In this document: in pieces, positions 19,763-29,625 of the stretch
How positions within the stretch are numbered: the stretch's first letter is position 1
How the letters are laid out: each line of letters begins with the position of its first letter
Program-made: the position numbers and the translations under genes
Notes under the pieces: model-generated
Told to the model about the DNA's origin: nothing
The model's input: the letters and a program-made list of their open reading frames with translations, nothing else
Database searches by the model: none
From: Alphaproteobacteria bacterium
Lineage (GTDB): Bacteria > Pseudomonadota > Alphaproteobacteria > Puniceispirillales > Puniceispirillaceae
Length of the DNA: 36,487 nt
NCBI GenBank assembly: GCA_016780695.1
Contig: JADHLK010000001.1
Coordinates: forward strand, 1 to 36,487
Reading direction: 5' to 3'

Positions 19763-20229
19763 GCGGGCCGGTCCAGATACAGCTGCGCCAGCTGCCCCAC
19801 GCAGCTGATTTGCCGCTGCCCAGCTATCAGACAGACGGCGCCGCTGGCATGGATATCTATGCCGCACTTGGCGAGCCAGTGGTGCTGGCCCCGCTGCAGC
19901 GCCAGCTGATCCCGACCGGCCTTGAGATAGCCCTGCCGCCCGGCTATGAAGCCCAGATCAGGCCGCGCTCCGGCCTCGCCTTCAAGCAGGGGCTGACCTT
20001 GCTGAACAGTCCGGGCACGATTGACAGTGATTATCGCGGCGAGATTGGCGTTATCCTGGTGAACCTGTCAGATGAGCCAGCTGAGATACTTCATGGCCAA
20101 CGGATTGCCCAGATGATCATCGCCCCTTTTGTGCAAGCTGTCTGGCAGCCAGTCGCGCAGCTGGACCAGACCAGGCGCGGGGCAGGCGGCTTTGGCTCTA
20201 CCGGCAAGGGGGGAGAGGATGCTGACTGA
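19759..20229 (+). CDS. dut: dUTP diphosphatase
   Basis: [26 protein letters not shown] and GGFGSTG motifs. There is an ATGA overlap with the coaBC stop. Confidence 0.95.
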   Translation: MSGPVQIQLRQLPHAADLPLPSYQTDGAAGMDIYAALGEPVVLAPLQRQLIPTGLEIALPPGYEAQIRPRSGLAFKQGLTLLNSPGTIDSDYRGEIGVILVNLSDEPAEILHGQRIAQMIIAPFVQAVWQPVAQLDQTRRGAGGFGSTGKGGEDAD

Positions 20230-20992
20230 TGCTGAGCTGACCCGCTATGCCAGACAGGCTATCTTGCCCGAACTTGGCGAGGAAGGGCAGGAAAAACTAC
20301 TGGCCAGCCGGGCCTTGATTCTGGGGGCTGGCGGGCTGGGCAGCCCGGTGATCGCTTTGCTGGCGGCGGCCGGTATCGGCCAGCTGACGATTTGCGATGG
20401 GGACAAGATAGAGCTGAGCAATCTGAACCGGCAATTTATCCATCCCGATTCGGCTTTGGGGGAAAATAAGGCAGAGCAGGCGGCTGCTTTCGCCAACCGG
20501 CTGAATCCGGCGATTCGCACAATCGCCGTGCCGCAGATGATGACCCGCGCATCAATAGCCGGACTGCTTGCCGGGCAGGATATGGTGCTGGATTGCACCG
20601 ATCAGATGGCCAGCCGCCAGCTGATAGCCCAGGCGGCCAGAGCCGCCGGTATCCCGCATATTTTTGGCGGGGCGGTGCGGATGATCGGCCAGCTGAGCGT
20701 CTTTATGGCGGGCGTGCCGGGCCATGCGGAGGCGGCCTGTCTGGGTTGTCTTTTTCCCCAGCAGCCCGGCCCAGATCTGGCCCCAAATTGTGCAGAGGTC
20801 GGCATTCTGGGCCCGGTGGTCAGCGTTATCGGCAGCCTGATGGCGGCAGAAGCGGTGAAACTGGCGGCCGGTCTGGGGGGCAGCATGGCCGGGCGCTTGC
20901 TGCTCTATGATGGTGCGGCGGTGCGGTTTGATGAAATTACCTATAGCCGCCAGAGCGATTGCCCGCTTTGCGGCGATTCGGGCCAGCCCTGA
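20219..20992 (+). CDS. HesA/MoeB/ThiF family adenylyltransferase
   Basis: [19 protein letters not shown], the nucleotide loop GAGGLGSP, and CxxC pairs (CLGCLF, CPLCG). The ATG at 20219 overlaps the dut 3' end. The ORF-track start at 20129 lies inside dut. Confidence 0.85.
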   Translation: MLTDAELTRYARQAILPELGEEGQEKLLASRALILGAGGLGSPVIALLAAAGIGQLTICDGDKIELSNLNRQFIHPDSALGENKAEQAAAFANRLNPAIRTIAVPQMMTRASIAGLLAGQDMVLDCTDQMASRQLIAQAARAAGIPHIFGGAVRMIGQLSVFMAGVPGHAEAACLGCLFPQQPGPDLAPNCAEVGILGPVVSVIGSLMAAEAVKLAAGLGGSMAGRLLLYDGAAVRFDEITYSRQSDCPLCGDSGQP

Positions 20993-21008
20993 CAGGAAGC
21001 GACCCGGA

Positions 21009-21992
21009 TCAGCTGGCCATCGCTGGAACTACCCGATCCGGCGGGGTATGGCCATCAATAAAGGTCTGGATATTGATAATGACCTTATCGCCCATCGCAT
21101 GGCGGCCCTCAATCGTGGCTGATCCAATATGCGGCAGCAGCACGACATTATCCAGCTGGCGCAGCCGCGCTGGCAGCTTTGGCTCATCTGTATAGACATC
21201 CAGACCGGCCCCGGCAAAATGCCGCTCCTCCAACAGATCAATCATTGCCTCTTGATCAATAATATCGCCGCGCGCAGCATTCACTAGATAGGCATGGCTA
21301 GCCAGCATTTCCAGCCGCTCGCGATTGAGCAAATGATGGGTGGCCGGGGTGGCCGGGCAGTTCACCGAGACAATATCCATCCGCCCCAGCATCTGATCCA
21401 GCGAATCCCAATAGGTGGCTTCCAGCTCATCTGCGATAGAGGGGTGCACCGGATTGCGGTTGAAATAATGGATCGACATACCAAAGCCGCGGGCGCGGCG
21501 GGCCACCGCCTGACCGATTGCCCCCATGCCGATAATGCCCAGCCGTTTGCCATTTATCCGATGCCCCAGCATACCGGTCGGCGACCAGCCAGCCCATTTG
21601 CCGGACCGGGCCAGCGCGTCACCTTCAGCAATACGGCGCGGCACAGCCAGAATAAGGGCCATCGCCACATCCGCCGTATCTTCTGTCAATACACCCGGCG
21701 TATTGGTAACCGTAATGCCGCGGGCCCGCGCAGCGTGCAGGTCGATATGATCTATGCCGGTGCCAAAAGAGGCGATCAGCCGCAGCTGATCCCCCGCCTT
21801 TTCGATCATTTCGGCATCAATCAGATCGGTCACTGTCGGCACCAGCACATCAGCCCGCCCCATCGCGGCGATTAATTCTGTCCGGCTCATCGGCGTATCA
21901 GTTGGGTTCAGCTCAGCATTGAACAGCTCACGCATCCGGGTCTCGGTAACATCCGGATATTTGCGTGTCAGAACAATTTTTGGCTTGGTCAT
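21009..21992 (-). CDS. D-isomer-specific 2-hydroxyacid dehydrogenase (glyoxylate/hydroxypyruvate reductase-like)
   Basis: 327 aa. NAD-binding motif GIIGMGAIGQAVARRA and the catalytic region NAARG...D...PHIGSAT. Confidence 0.85.
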   Translation of the reverse strand: MTKPKIVLTRKYPDVTETRMRELFNAELNPTDTPMSRTELIAAMGRADVLVPTVTDLIDAEMIEKAGDQLRLIASFGTGIDHIDLHAARARGITVTNTPGVLTEDTADVAMALILAVPRRIAEGDALARSGKWAGWSPTGMLGHRINGKRLGIIGMGAIGQAVARRARGFGMSIHYFNRNPVHPSIADELEATYWDSLDQMLGRMDIVSVNCPATPATHHLLNRERLEMLASHAYLVNAARGDIIDQEAMIDLLEERHFAGAGLDVYTDEPKLPARLRQLDNVVLLPHIGSATIEGRHAMGDKVIINIQTFIDGHTPPDRVVPAMAS

Positions 21993-22201
21993 TTAAGGCA
22001 TTCCCCCGTTCTCTCTGTCCGGCAATTCACAAACCGGGCAGGAAAGATTTATCCATTTTGCCCGTTCCGTCACCAATTTGATGTTTTCCGGGCTGGACAT
22101 ATTCTAGCCCAAAGATAGAATCCGTTCAGCAAAAAGTAAAAGATTTTGACCAGCCTGCTTTTCGGGCTGACTGTCTGCCAAGGGGAAAAGGGCACCAGAA
22201 C

Positions 22202-22765
22202 ATGATAACAAGATATTCGATGCTACGCCTCCTGGCCTTATTCCTGCTGGTGACAGGCGGCTTTTTTATCTTGCCGGGTAACGCCCCAGCTATCGCCCAG
22301 GAAGCCCGGCTGGTGGTGCAAGGGTCCGGCTTGCCGGTGCCCAGATTCGTGACCACAAAATCAGCCAAGGTGAATATGCGGCTGGGGCCGGGGCGCGAAT
22401 ATCCGGTTGCCTGGGTCTATAAAAAGAAACATTTTCCGCTGAAAGTGGTCGCCGAATTTGATGTCTGGCGCAAGGTAGAAGACCCGGATGGCAGCACCGG
22501 CTGGATTCACAGCCCGCTGCTGACCCTGCAACGCTTTGTTCTGGTAACCGAGGCGGTGGCTGAAATCCGCGCTGAACCTGAGGCTGAGGCGGCCCTGACC
22601 GGTGTGGCAGAACGCGGCGTGCTGCTGGAATTGCTTTATTGCGAGAAGGGCTGGTGCCGGTTGTCACATGAAAAGGCGCGCGGCTGGGTGCCTGCCAGCC
22701 ATGTCTGGGGTATCTTGGAAAGCGAGGCGGACAGCGTGCCCGAAGCAGACCGCAAGGCCCGCTGA
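22202..22765 (+). CDS. SH3-like (DUF1058) domain exported protein
   Basis: Signal-like N-terminus LRLLALFLLVTGGFFILPGNAPA. The segment LPVPRFVTTKSAKVNMRLGPGREYPVAWVYKKKHFPLKV...WRKVEDPDGSTGWIH matches tandem bacterial SH3/DUF1058 repeats. Confidence 0.7.
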   Translation: MITRYSMLRLLALFLLVTGGFFILPGNAPAIAQEARLVVQGSGLPVPRFVTTKSAKVNMRLGPGREYPVAWVYKKKHFPLKVVAEFDVWRKVEDPDGSTGWIHSPLLTLQRFVLVTEAVAEIRAEPEAEAALTGVAERGVLLELLYCEKGWCRLSHEKARGWVPASHVWGILESEADSVPEADRKAR

Positions 22766-22905
22766 CCAGCAGCCAATAAATCGGTCATGGTCTTGGCAGT
22801 GATTTTGCGCTACCACTATAAAGAGGCCAGCGAGCGAAAACAGAGATTTGGGACGGCAATCTTCTGCAACACAGAAGTGAGCAAGCAAGAGGGGACAGGG
22901 ATAAG

Positions 22906-23427
22906 ATGGCCATGCAACAAAACAGTTTTGCCTATGAGGACCTAATCGCCTGCGCAAAAGGTGAAATGTTCGGCCCCGGCAATCCGCAACTGCCGATGCC
23001 GCCAATGCTGATGTGCGACCGCATCACCCATATAAGCGAGCAAGGCGGGGCGCATGACAAGGGCTTGATAAAGGCAGAATTTGACATTCACCCGGACCTC
23101 TGGTTTTTCCCCTGCCATTTTGAGGGCGACCCGGTGATGCCAGGCTGTCTTGGCATGGATGCGCTCTGGCAGCTGGTCGGCTTCTTTCTTGGTTGGGCTG
23201 GCGGACAGGGGCGCGGGCGCGCGCTATCCGTCGGGGCGGTGAAATTCACCGGCCAGATTCTACCCTCTGCCAAGCTGGTGCAATTCCAGCTGGATATGAA
23301 GCGGGTGATCATGCGCCGTCTGGTGATGGGAATCGCAGATGGCAAGGTCATCTGTGATGGTGAGACGGTGTTTGAAGCAGAAGATATCCGCGTTGGCCTG
23401 TTCGGGGCTGAAGGAGGCCCGGCATGA
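22906..23427 (+). CDS. fabA: 3-hydroxydecanoyl-ACP dehydratase/isomerase
   Basis: [31 protein letters not shown] contains the active-site His and is a typical FabA. Confidence 0.95.
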   Translation: MAMQQNSFAYEDLIACAKGEMFGPGNPQLPMPPMLMCDRITHISEQGGAHDKGLIKAEFDIHPDLWFFPCHFEGDPVMPGCLGMDALWQLVGFFLGWAGGQGRGRALSVGAVKFTGQILPSAKLVQFQLDMKRVIMRRLVMGIADGKVICDGETVFEAEDIRVGLFGAEGGPA

Positions 23428-24665
23428 CGCGGCGCGTAGTCATCACCGGCCTTGGGATTGTGTCCTCTATCGGCAATAACGCAGCTGAGGTCACCGACAG
23501 TCTGCGGCAGGGCAAATCCGGCATTGTAGCCGCCCCGGACTATGCTGAACTGGGCTTTCGCAGCCAGGTCAAAGGCGCGGTCAAGATGGATGTGGCCGAG
23601 CATATAGACCGCAAGCAGATGCGCTTTATGGGAGAGGGGGCAGCCTATGCGGTGCTGGCGATGCAGCAGGCAGTAGCTGATGCCGGGCTGGAGGAGGCTG
23701 ATATTTCCAATCCACGCACCGGCCTTATCGCCGGGTCCGGCGGCCCATCTACTGCCAATATGTTGCAGGCGTTTGATACCACCCGCGAGAAGGGGCCAAA
23801 GCGGGTCGGCCCCTATATGGTGCCGCGCTGTATGTCCTCTACCGTGTCCGCCTGTATCGCGACTTTTTTCCAAATCAAGGGGGTGAATTATTCGATCAGC
23901 TCAGCCTGTTCGACCTCTGCCCATTGCATCACCGCCGGGGCGGATGCGATTCGCTATGGGATGCAGGATATTGTCTTTGCTGGCGGCGGCGAGGAGTTGC
24001 ACTGGACCTTGTCCGTGCTGTTTGATGCGATGGGGGCGATGTCCTCTTCCTATAATGACACGCCGGAGCGGGCCAGCCGTGCCTATGATGCCAACCGGGA
24101 CGGGTTTGTCATCGCTGGCGGCGGCGGGATGCTGGTGTTGGAAGACTATGAGCACGCCAAGGCCCGCGGTGCGAAAATCTATGCTGAGATTGTTGGCTAT
24201 GGGGCCAATTCTGACGGGCATGATATGGTTGCCCCGTCCGGTGAGGGGGCGGTGCGCTGTATGGAGCTGGCACTGGCCGGATTTGACGGGCAGGCGCTGA
24301 CCGGCAAGGTGGATTATATTAACGCCCATGGCACCTCTACCCCGGTCGGCGATATCAAGGAGCTGGATGCGGTGCGCGAGGTGTTTGGCCCGCGTGGCTA
24401 TCTGCCGGTAGTGGCCTCTACCAAATCGCTGACCGGCCATTCGCTGGGCGCAACCGGTGTGCAAGAAGCGATTTATACGCTGTTGATGATGCAAGGAGGC
24501 TTTATCGCGGCCTCTGCCAATATTGAAACGCCGGACCCGGCGATTGGCGATATTCCGGTGCCACAGGCGCGGCTGGATGACACAGCGATCAATCTGGCAC
24601 TGTCCAATTCCTTCGGCTTTGGCGGCACCAACGCCACGCTGGCCCTAGCCAGATGGCAGGGTTAG
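23424..24665 (+). CDS. fabB: beta-ketoacyl-ACP synthase I
   Basis: Active-site [10 protein letters not shown], the HGTSTPVGD and GHSLGATG motifs, and [10 protein letters not shown]. It overlaps the fabA stop and shows the fabA-fabB pairing. Confidence 0.93.
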   Translation: MTRRVVITGLGIVSSIGNNAAEVTDSLRQGKSGIVAAPDYAELGFRSQVKGAVKMDVAEHIDRKQMRFMGEGAAYAVLAMQQAVADAGLEEADISNPRTGLIAGSGGPSTANMLQAFDTTREKGPKRVGPYMVPRCMSSTVSACIATFFQIKGVNYSISSACSTSAHCITAGADAIRYGMQDIVFAGGGEELHWTLSVLFDAMGAMSSSYNDTPERASRAYDANRDGFVIAGGGGMLVLEDYEHAKARGAKIYAEIVGYGANSDGHDMVAPSGEGAVRCMELALAGFDGQALTGKVDYINAHGTSTPVGDIKELDAVREVFGPRGYLPVVASTKSLTGHSLGATGVQEAIYTLLMMQGGFIAASANIETPDPAIGDIPVPQARLDDTAINLALSNSFGFGGTNATLALARWQG

Positions 24666-24677
24666 ACAGGCAGGCGC

Positions 24678-25457
24678 ATGGGCATTTTGGCAGGCAAAAA
24701 CGGGCTGATTGTCGGGGTCGCCAATGAACGATCGGCTGCCTGGGGGATTGCCAAAGCCGCCCATCAGCATGGGGCAAATCTGGCCTTCAGCTATCAGATG
24801 GACGCCTTCAAAAAGCGGCTGGAGCCGCTGGCTGGAGAGGTTGGCTCTGATATTCTTCTGCCTTGCGATCTGGCAGAGGACGGCGCGGCAGACAGGCTGA
24901 TCGCAGCTCTCGGCCAGCATTGGAACCGGCTTGATTTTGTCGTGCATGCGGTCGGCTTTTCCGACAAGGCTGAGCTGAAAGGCCCCTATTTCAATACCAG
25001 CCGGGCCAATTTTGAGCAGACCCTGCTGATCTCGGCCTTTTCGCTGACTGAGCTGACCAGGGCGGCTGTGCCGATGATGACTGGCGGCGGGGCGGTCCTG
25101 ACCTTGAGCTATCTGGGCGGGGTGCGGACCACGCCGAATTACAATGTGATGGGGGTAGCGAAAGCCGCGCTGGAGGCTTCGGTGCGCTATCTGGCAGTGG
25201 ATTTGGGAGGCCGGAATATCCGGGTGAACACCCTGTCTGCCGGGCCGATGAAAACGCTGGCCGGGGCGGCTATCAGCGGCGCGCGCCATGTATTTCGCCA
25301 CAGTGAGGAACAAGCCCCGCTGGGCCGCAACCCGGATATTGACGAGGTTGGCAAGGCGGCGGTCTATCTGGTCTCAGACCTGTCATCCGGCGTGACCGGC
25401 GAAACCCATTATGCCGATGGCGGCTATCACCATATCGGCGTACCCAACGAGGGATGA
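24678..25457 (+). CDS. fabI: enoyl-ACP reductase [NADH]
   Basis: GVANERSAAWGIAKA and the YNVMGVAKAALEASVRYLA catalytic Tyr/Lys region, an SDR FabI type. Confidence 0.93.
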   Translation: MGILAGKNGLIVGVANERSAAWGIAKAAHQHGANLAFSYQMDAFKKRLEPLAGEVGSDILLPCDLAEDGAADRLIAALGQHWNRLDFVVHAVGFSDKAELKGPYFNTSRANFEQTLLISAFSLTELTRAAVPMMTGGGAVLTLSYLGGVRTTPNYNVMGVAKAALEASVRYLAVDLGGRNIRVNTLSAGPMKTLAGAAISGARHVFRHSEEQAPLGRNPDIDEVGKAAVYLVSDLSSGVTGETHYADGGYHHIGVPNEG

Positions 25458-25466
25458 GCGGGGGGT

Positions 25467-26075
25467 TCAGGTGCGGCCGCTGAGCAATTTGCGATGCGCC
25501 TCATAAAGCCGTTTATTGTCTGAATTATATTCCTGCTTCAGATCGCAAGGCAGGTCATACACATCCACCAGCTCAAAACCAACCGGCCAATAGCTGTTAC
25601 CCTGGCGTTCAATTTCAAAGCCGACCGCCAGATGGATGGAAGCACGGGTGATTTTCGGATCTGCCGCCGGCGAGAGGTAAAAGCTGCGCTGGGTGGTATA
25701 TTTGTTTTTCGCTGCATAGGTTTTGATTTCCAGATAAAACTCTGTGCCCGGATAAGATTCATTCCCCGGCCAGATGACATCCAAATCGGGATAGCCGGTG
25801 GATTTGCCGCCGCCGCTTTTGGTGCGCGGGGCGCGGGCCTGAAAGCCGCTGCTGTTCAGCGCATCCCGCACAAAAGGTTCCATATCATTGCCCACCTCAT
25901 TGGGGCGCTCGCGGCTAATGGGGCGGGCCGCAACGGTCTGGCAAACCAACTCAAAAGCCGGTTTCAAGGCTGCCAGCAAGGCGGGCCGTCCGGCCTCTGG
26001 CAATGGCAAGACCCGGTAGCCATAGAGCTTTTCAATCACCTGATAAAAAGGCTGGCTGGTCTTCATAACACTCAC
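25467..26075 (-). CDS. putative type II restriction endonuclease (PD-(D/E)XK signature), family unassigned
   Basis: 202-aa ORF whose GTG start at 26075 directly abuts the methyltransferase stop (TGA|GTG). An alternative ATG lies at 26066. It carries GYPDLDV (aa 94-100) then FYLEIKTY (aa 113-120), i.e. PD...(D/E)xK spacing. Partnership with an MTase supports a nuclease role. No homology search was done. Confidence 0.55.
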   Translation of the reverse strand: MSVMKTSQPFYQVIEKLYGYRVLPLPEAGRPALLAALKPAFELVCQTVAARPISRERPNEVGNDMEPFVRDALNSSGFQARAPRTKSGGGKSTGYPDLDVIWPGNESYPGTEFYLEIKTYAAKNKYTTQRSFYLSPAADPKITRASIHLAVGFEIERQGNSYWPVGFELVDVYDLPCDLKQEYNSDNKRLYEAHRKLLSGRT

Positions 26076-27299
26076 TCAATTTGACTTGCGGAAAATCACG
26101 ATCCGGTTGGAATTGGTGCCTTTGCTATTGTTGGACACGCCCCAGCAATTCGCCGTCTTGGTAAAATCCTGCTGGTTGATCATCACCGCCAGCAAGTCCA
26201 GCGGCAGGTTTTGGGCGGCAGCGATCACCGCCTCTTCCAAAAGGATTTTGCCGCCCCGCACCTCTCCCACCTCAAAGGCGATATGCCCACCAGGCCGGGT
26301 GATACGGGCCAGCTCTGTCAGGCTGCGCCGGACAAAATCCTGCCAATCTTCGAGTTTTTTGTAATGCGATATGGCAACAGTTTCCACCTCTATGCCGGCA
26401 AACCAGCAGCGCAGCCAATTATCCGCCTGATAATCCACCACATCCAAAAAGGGCGGCGAGGTCACCGTCAGGGCAATGCTGTCATCGGCAATTTGCCGGG
26501 TCTGATCAGCCGGGCCGCAATAAAGCCGGGCTTTGGCATCCGGCATACCACCCTCTTTCAGCAGCTGGCGCGATTTCTTCATTATCAAAGTCGGAATATC
26601 GCGTCTGGGTGGGCTCTGATTGCGCTTTTGATTGATAATCGCCTGTCGCTTGACCGAGACGGCCTGATTGGGCGGCAGGGTATAAACAGAAAAAAAGCCG
26701 GATGAATGGCCAGTCAGCCGATTGATCGCCACCATCTGTATCCATCTGTCCACATCATCCATCTGGCCGCTGGCCTGTCTGTCCAGCAACCAGCCGCGCA
26801 GCCCTTGCAAATCTGCCAGCGTTTCCGGGTGATAAAATACCAGCAACTCCTCGCTGGCGGGCGGGGGAAACTGGCCAAAGGGGATTTCTGCCAACCGCAC
26901 CTGTATCGCCGTTAAATCTATCGGCTTCAGGCGCGGGCCAGCAAGAATACGGCTGAGCGGATTGCTGTCATTACCCAGCGGCACACGGCCTGCCAAACCG
27001 GCCTCTATCAGGGTTGTCCCGCGCCCCATAAAGGGATCATAGACCAGATCGCCAGGTTCGGTCAGCCGATCAATAAAAAAGCGCGGCAGCTGCGGCTTGA
27101 AACAGGCCCGGTAGCTCACCTCATGCAGATTGCTGGCCTGGCGCTGGCGGGCAGTCCAGAATTCATTGATGAAATAGGGAATATCCCCCGGTTTTTCAAA
27201 GATGCTGCGGCTGCCAAACTGATCAAATTCTGCCAGCAAATCGCAAAAATCCAAAGACTCGCTGTGCTGAAATTGAAAGGCTTGCTGGTTCATTCGCAT
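26076..27299 (-). CDS. DNA methyltransferase (amino-MTase; SPPF catalytic motif, N4-C or N6-A)
   Basis: 407 aa. AdoMet motif region FKPQLPRFFIDRLTEPGDLVYDPFMGRGTTLIEAG (aa 67-101) and catalytic motif IV TVTSPPFLDVVDY (aa 278-290). Motif I precedes motif IV by about 185 aa. Confidence 0.85.
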   Translation of the reverse strand: MRMNQQAFQFQHSESLDFCDLLAEFDQFGSRSIFEKPGDIPYFINEFWTARQRQASNLHEVSYRACFKPQLPRFFIDRLTEPGDLVYDPFMGRGTTLIEAGLAGRVPLGNDSNPLSRILAGPRLKPIDLTAIQVRLAEIPFGQFPPPASEELLVFYHPETLADLQGLRGWLLDRQASGQMDDVDRWIQMVAINRLTGHSSGFFSVYTLPPNQAVSVKRQAIINQKRNQSPPRRDIPTLIMKKSRQLLKEGGMPDAKARLYCGPADQTRQIADDSIALTVTSPPFLDVVDYQADNWLRCWFAGIEVETVAISHYKKLEDWQDFVRRSLTELARITRPGGHIAFEVGEVRGGKILLEEAVIAAAQNLPLDLLAVMINQQDFTKTANCWGVSNNSKGTNSNRIVIFRKSN

Positions 27300-27406
27300 T
27301 CGCCAAGAAAAGTTAAGAAAAAGGCCCGTTCTTGCCTTGTTCTCTCATTGTGGGTGAATTCTTATCTTTGTAAAGCCCTTATCGGCTGGCCGGACTGTCA
27401 AATCCG

Positions 27407-27447
27407 AAAAAAAACCGCCCCGGGCGGTGCTGGCCGGGGGCGGTTTT
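27407..27447 (-). terminator. rho-independent (potentially bidirectional) terminator after pnp
   Basis: An 11-bp stem AAAACCGCCCC (27411-27421) pairs with GGGGCGGTTTT (27437-27447). On the minus strand it is followed by a T-run (complement of the A-run at 27407-27414). It sits about 70 nt downstream of the pnp stop. Confidence 0.65.
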
Positions 27448-27516
27448 GCAAAATTTGAAACAAGCATTGCTCTGGCGGGCGGCCCATACGGGCCGGCCTG
27501 AGGCGGTTTGCAAGGC

Positions 27517-29625
27517 TTACTCTTCCTTGCCTTCCAGATCAGCCCCATCTTCCTGATCGACCCGCTTCATCGACAATTTCACCTTGCCGCGGTCGTCAAA
27601 GCCGATCACCTTGACCCAGACCATATCGCCTTCCTTGCAGACATCCGTAGTCTGGCCAACGCGCTCATTACGCATTTCAGAGATATGCACCAGCCCGTCG
27701 CGGGGGCCGAGGAAATTGACAAAGGCGCCGAATTCCACAGTCTTGACGACCTTGCCCTGATAGATTTCGCCCAGCTCCGGCTCAGCCGTGATCTCCTTGA
27801 TCCGGCGATGCGCCGCATCGGAGGATTCCTGGCTGACCGCCGCGACTGAGACAGTGCCATCATCTTCAATATCAATCTTCGCGCCGGTCTCTTCACAAAT
27901 CTCACGGATGACCTTGCCGCCCGGCCCGATCAGCTCACGGATTTTATCCACCGGAATTTTCACTGTAGAGATTTTCGGCGCACTGTCTGCCAGTGATTCA
28001 CGCGCTGTGGTCAGCGCCTTGGCCATCTCGCCCAGAATATGCAAGCGGCCATCACGCGCCTGATCGAGGGCGATTTTCATAATCTCCGGCGTGATAGAGG
28101 TGATTTTAATATCCATCTGCAGCGAGGTGATGCCGGTTTCTGTGCCAGCAACCTTGAAATCCATATCGCCCAGATGATCCTCATCACCCAGAATATCAGA
28201 CAGAACAGCGAAATCATCGCCTTCCTTGATCAGCCCCATGGCGATACCAGCCACTGGGCGCGCCAACGGCACCCCGGCATCCATCATCGACAAAGATGTG
28301 CCGCAGACTGTTGCCATGGAAGAAGAACCGTTTGATTCGGTAACTTCCGAGACCGTTCGCAGCGTATAGGGGAAAGCCTCCTTGGAAGGCAGAACCGGGT
28401 TAATCGCCCGCCAGGCCAGCTTGCCATGCCCCACCTCCCGGCGGCCGGGCGTGCCCATGCGGCCTGCCTCACCCACCGAATAGGGCGGGAAATTATAATG
28501 CAGCATGAAGCGCGAACGATATTCCCCATCCAACGCATCCACAATCTGCTCATCCTGACCCGTGCCAAGCGTGGTTACGCACAAGGCCTGTGTCTCACCG
28601 CGGGTGAACAGCGATGAGCCATGCGTGCGCGGCAGCATCCCTACCTCTGCCACAATCGGGCGCACAGTCTTGGTATCGCGCCCGTCAATACGGGTGCCAG
28701 TCTTTAGGATAGCCGAACGCACAACATCTGCTTCCAGCTCTTTCATCAGTCCGCCAACCAGCACCGGATCAGCTTCTTCACCGGCTTTTTCCAGCGCCTC
28801 TGCCTTCACCTCAGCCAGCGCATCCTGACGGCTGGTCTTATCCTTGATGGCATAGCCAGCTTCCACTTTTTTGCGCAGGCCGGTGACCGTTTTGCGCAGA
28901 GCTTCGGCTTCCGGGGCTTCTTCTGGCAGAGCGCGCGGCTCCTTGGCAGCAGCCTCAGCCAGCGAGATAATCGCCTCAATAACCGGCTGCATCTGAGCAT
29001 GGCCGAAAGTAACCGCGCCCAGCATGATGTCCTCAGACAGCTCAGAGGCTTCTGATTCCACCATCAGCACCCCTTCTGCCGTGCCGGCCAGAATCAGGTC
29101 CAGCTGGCTGTCTGCCATCTCGCTGCGGGTCGGGTTCAGAATATAATCACCATCCTTCCAGCCAATGCGCGCCCCGGCAATCGGGCCGAAAAACGGCACG
29201 CCGGAAATGGTCAGCGCTGCCGATGCGCCCACCATCGCCACAATATCCGGGTTATTTTCCAGATCATGTGACAGAACAGTGCAGACAATCTGCGTCTCAC
29301 ATTTAAAGCCTTTCGGAAAGAGCGGGCGAATAGGCCGGTCAATCAGGCGGCTGGTCAGGGTTTCATTCTCGGACGGGCGGCCTTCACGCTTGAAAAAGCC
29401 ACCTGGAATCTTGCCGGCCGCAAAAGCCTTTTCCTGATAATTCACGGTCAGCGGAAAGAAATCCTGGCCCGGGCGGGCTGTTTTGGCAGCAACCGCAGTG
29501 CAAAGCACGCTGGTTTCGCCCATTGTGGCCATCACGGCCCCATCTGCCTGACGGGCTACCTTGCCGGTTTCCAGTATCAGTGTTTTATCGCCCCAGTTGA
29601 TTTCCTTGCGATATATTTCGAACAT
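27517..29625 (-). CDS. pnp: polyribonucleotide nucleotidyltransferase (PNPase)
   Basis: The ATG at 29625 ([31 protein letters not shown]) is preceded by GGAGA. It has two RNase PH domains plus KH and S1 domains and an acidic C-tail. The ORF-track start at 29673 is an over-extension. Confidence 0.97.
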   Translation of the reverse strand: MFEIYRKEINWGDKTLILETGKVARQADGAVMATMGETSVLCTAVAAKTARPGQDFFPLTVNYQEKAFAAGKIPGGFFKREGRPSENETLTSRLIDRPIRPLFPKGFKCETQIVCTVLSHDLENNPDIVAMVGASAALTISGVPFFGPIAGARIGWKDGDYILNPTRSEMADSQLDLILAGTAEGVLMVESEASELSEDIMLGAVTFGHAQMQPVIEAIISLAEAAAKEPRALPEEAPEAEALRKTVTGLRKKVEAGYAIKDKTSRQDALAEVKAEALEKAGEEADPVLVGGLMKELEADVVRSAILKTGTRIDGRDTKTVRPIVAEVGMLPRTHGSSLFTRGETQALCVTTLGTGQDEQIVDALDGEYRSRFMLHYNFPPYSVGEAGRMGTPGRREVGHGKLAWRAINPVLPSKEAFPYTLRTVSEVTESNGSSSMATVCGTSLSMMDAGVPLARPVAGIAMGLIKEGDDFAVLSDILGDEDHLGDMDFKVAGTETGITSLQMDIKITSITPEIMKIALDQARDGRLHILGEMAKALTTARESLADSAPKISTVKIPVDKIRELIGPGGKVIREICEETGAKIDIEDDGTVSVAAVSQESSDAAHRRIKEITAEPELGEIYQGKVVKTVEFGAFVNFLGPRDGLVHISEMRNERVGQTTDVCKEGDMVWVKVIGFDDRGKVKLSMKRVDQEDGADLEGKEE

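Noticed and set aside
22861-22877. Perfect hairpin CTTCTG-CAACA-CAGAAG 30 nt upstream of fabA, considered as an operator or attenuator.
   Set aside because: It is a single 6-bp stem with no flanking U-run, and I know no regulator consensus for it. The evidence is too weak to call.
27300-27404. 11-codon mini-ORF (MREQGKNGPFS, minus strand) and a GATAAG-N11-GATAAG direct repeat upstream of the methyltransferase, considered as a controller (C) protein and C-box.
   Set aside because: It is far too short for an HTH C protein, which is typically 70-100 aa. The repeat is short and could be chance. It is retained only as part of the putative MTase promoter region.
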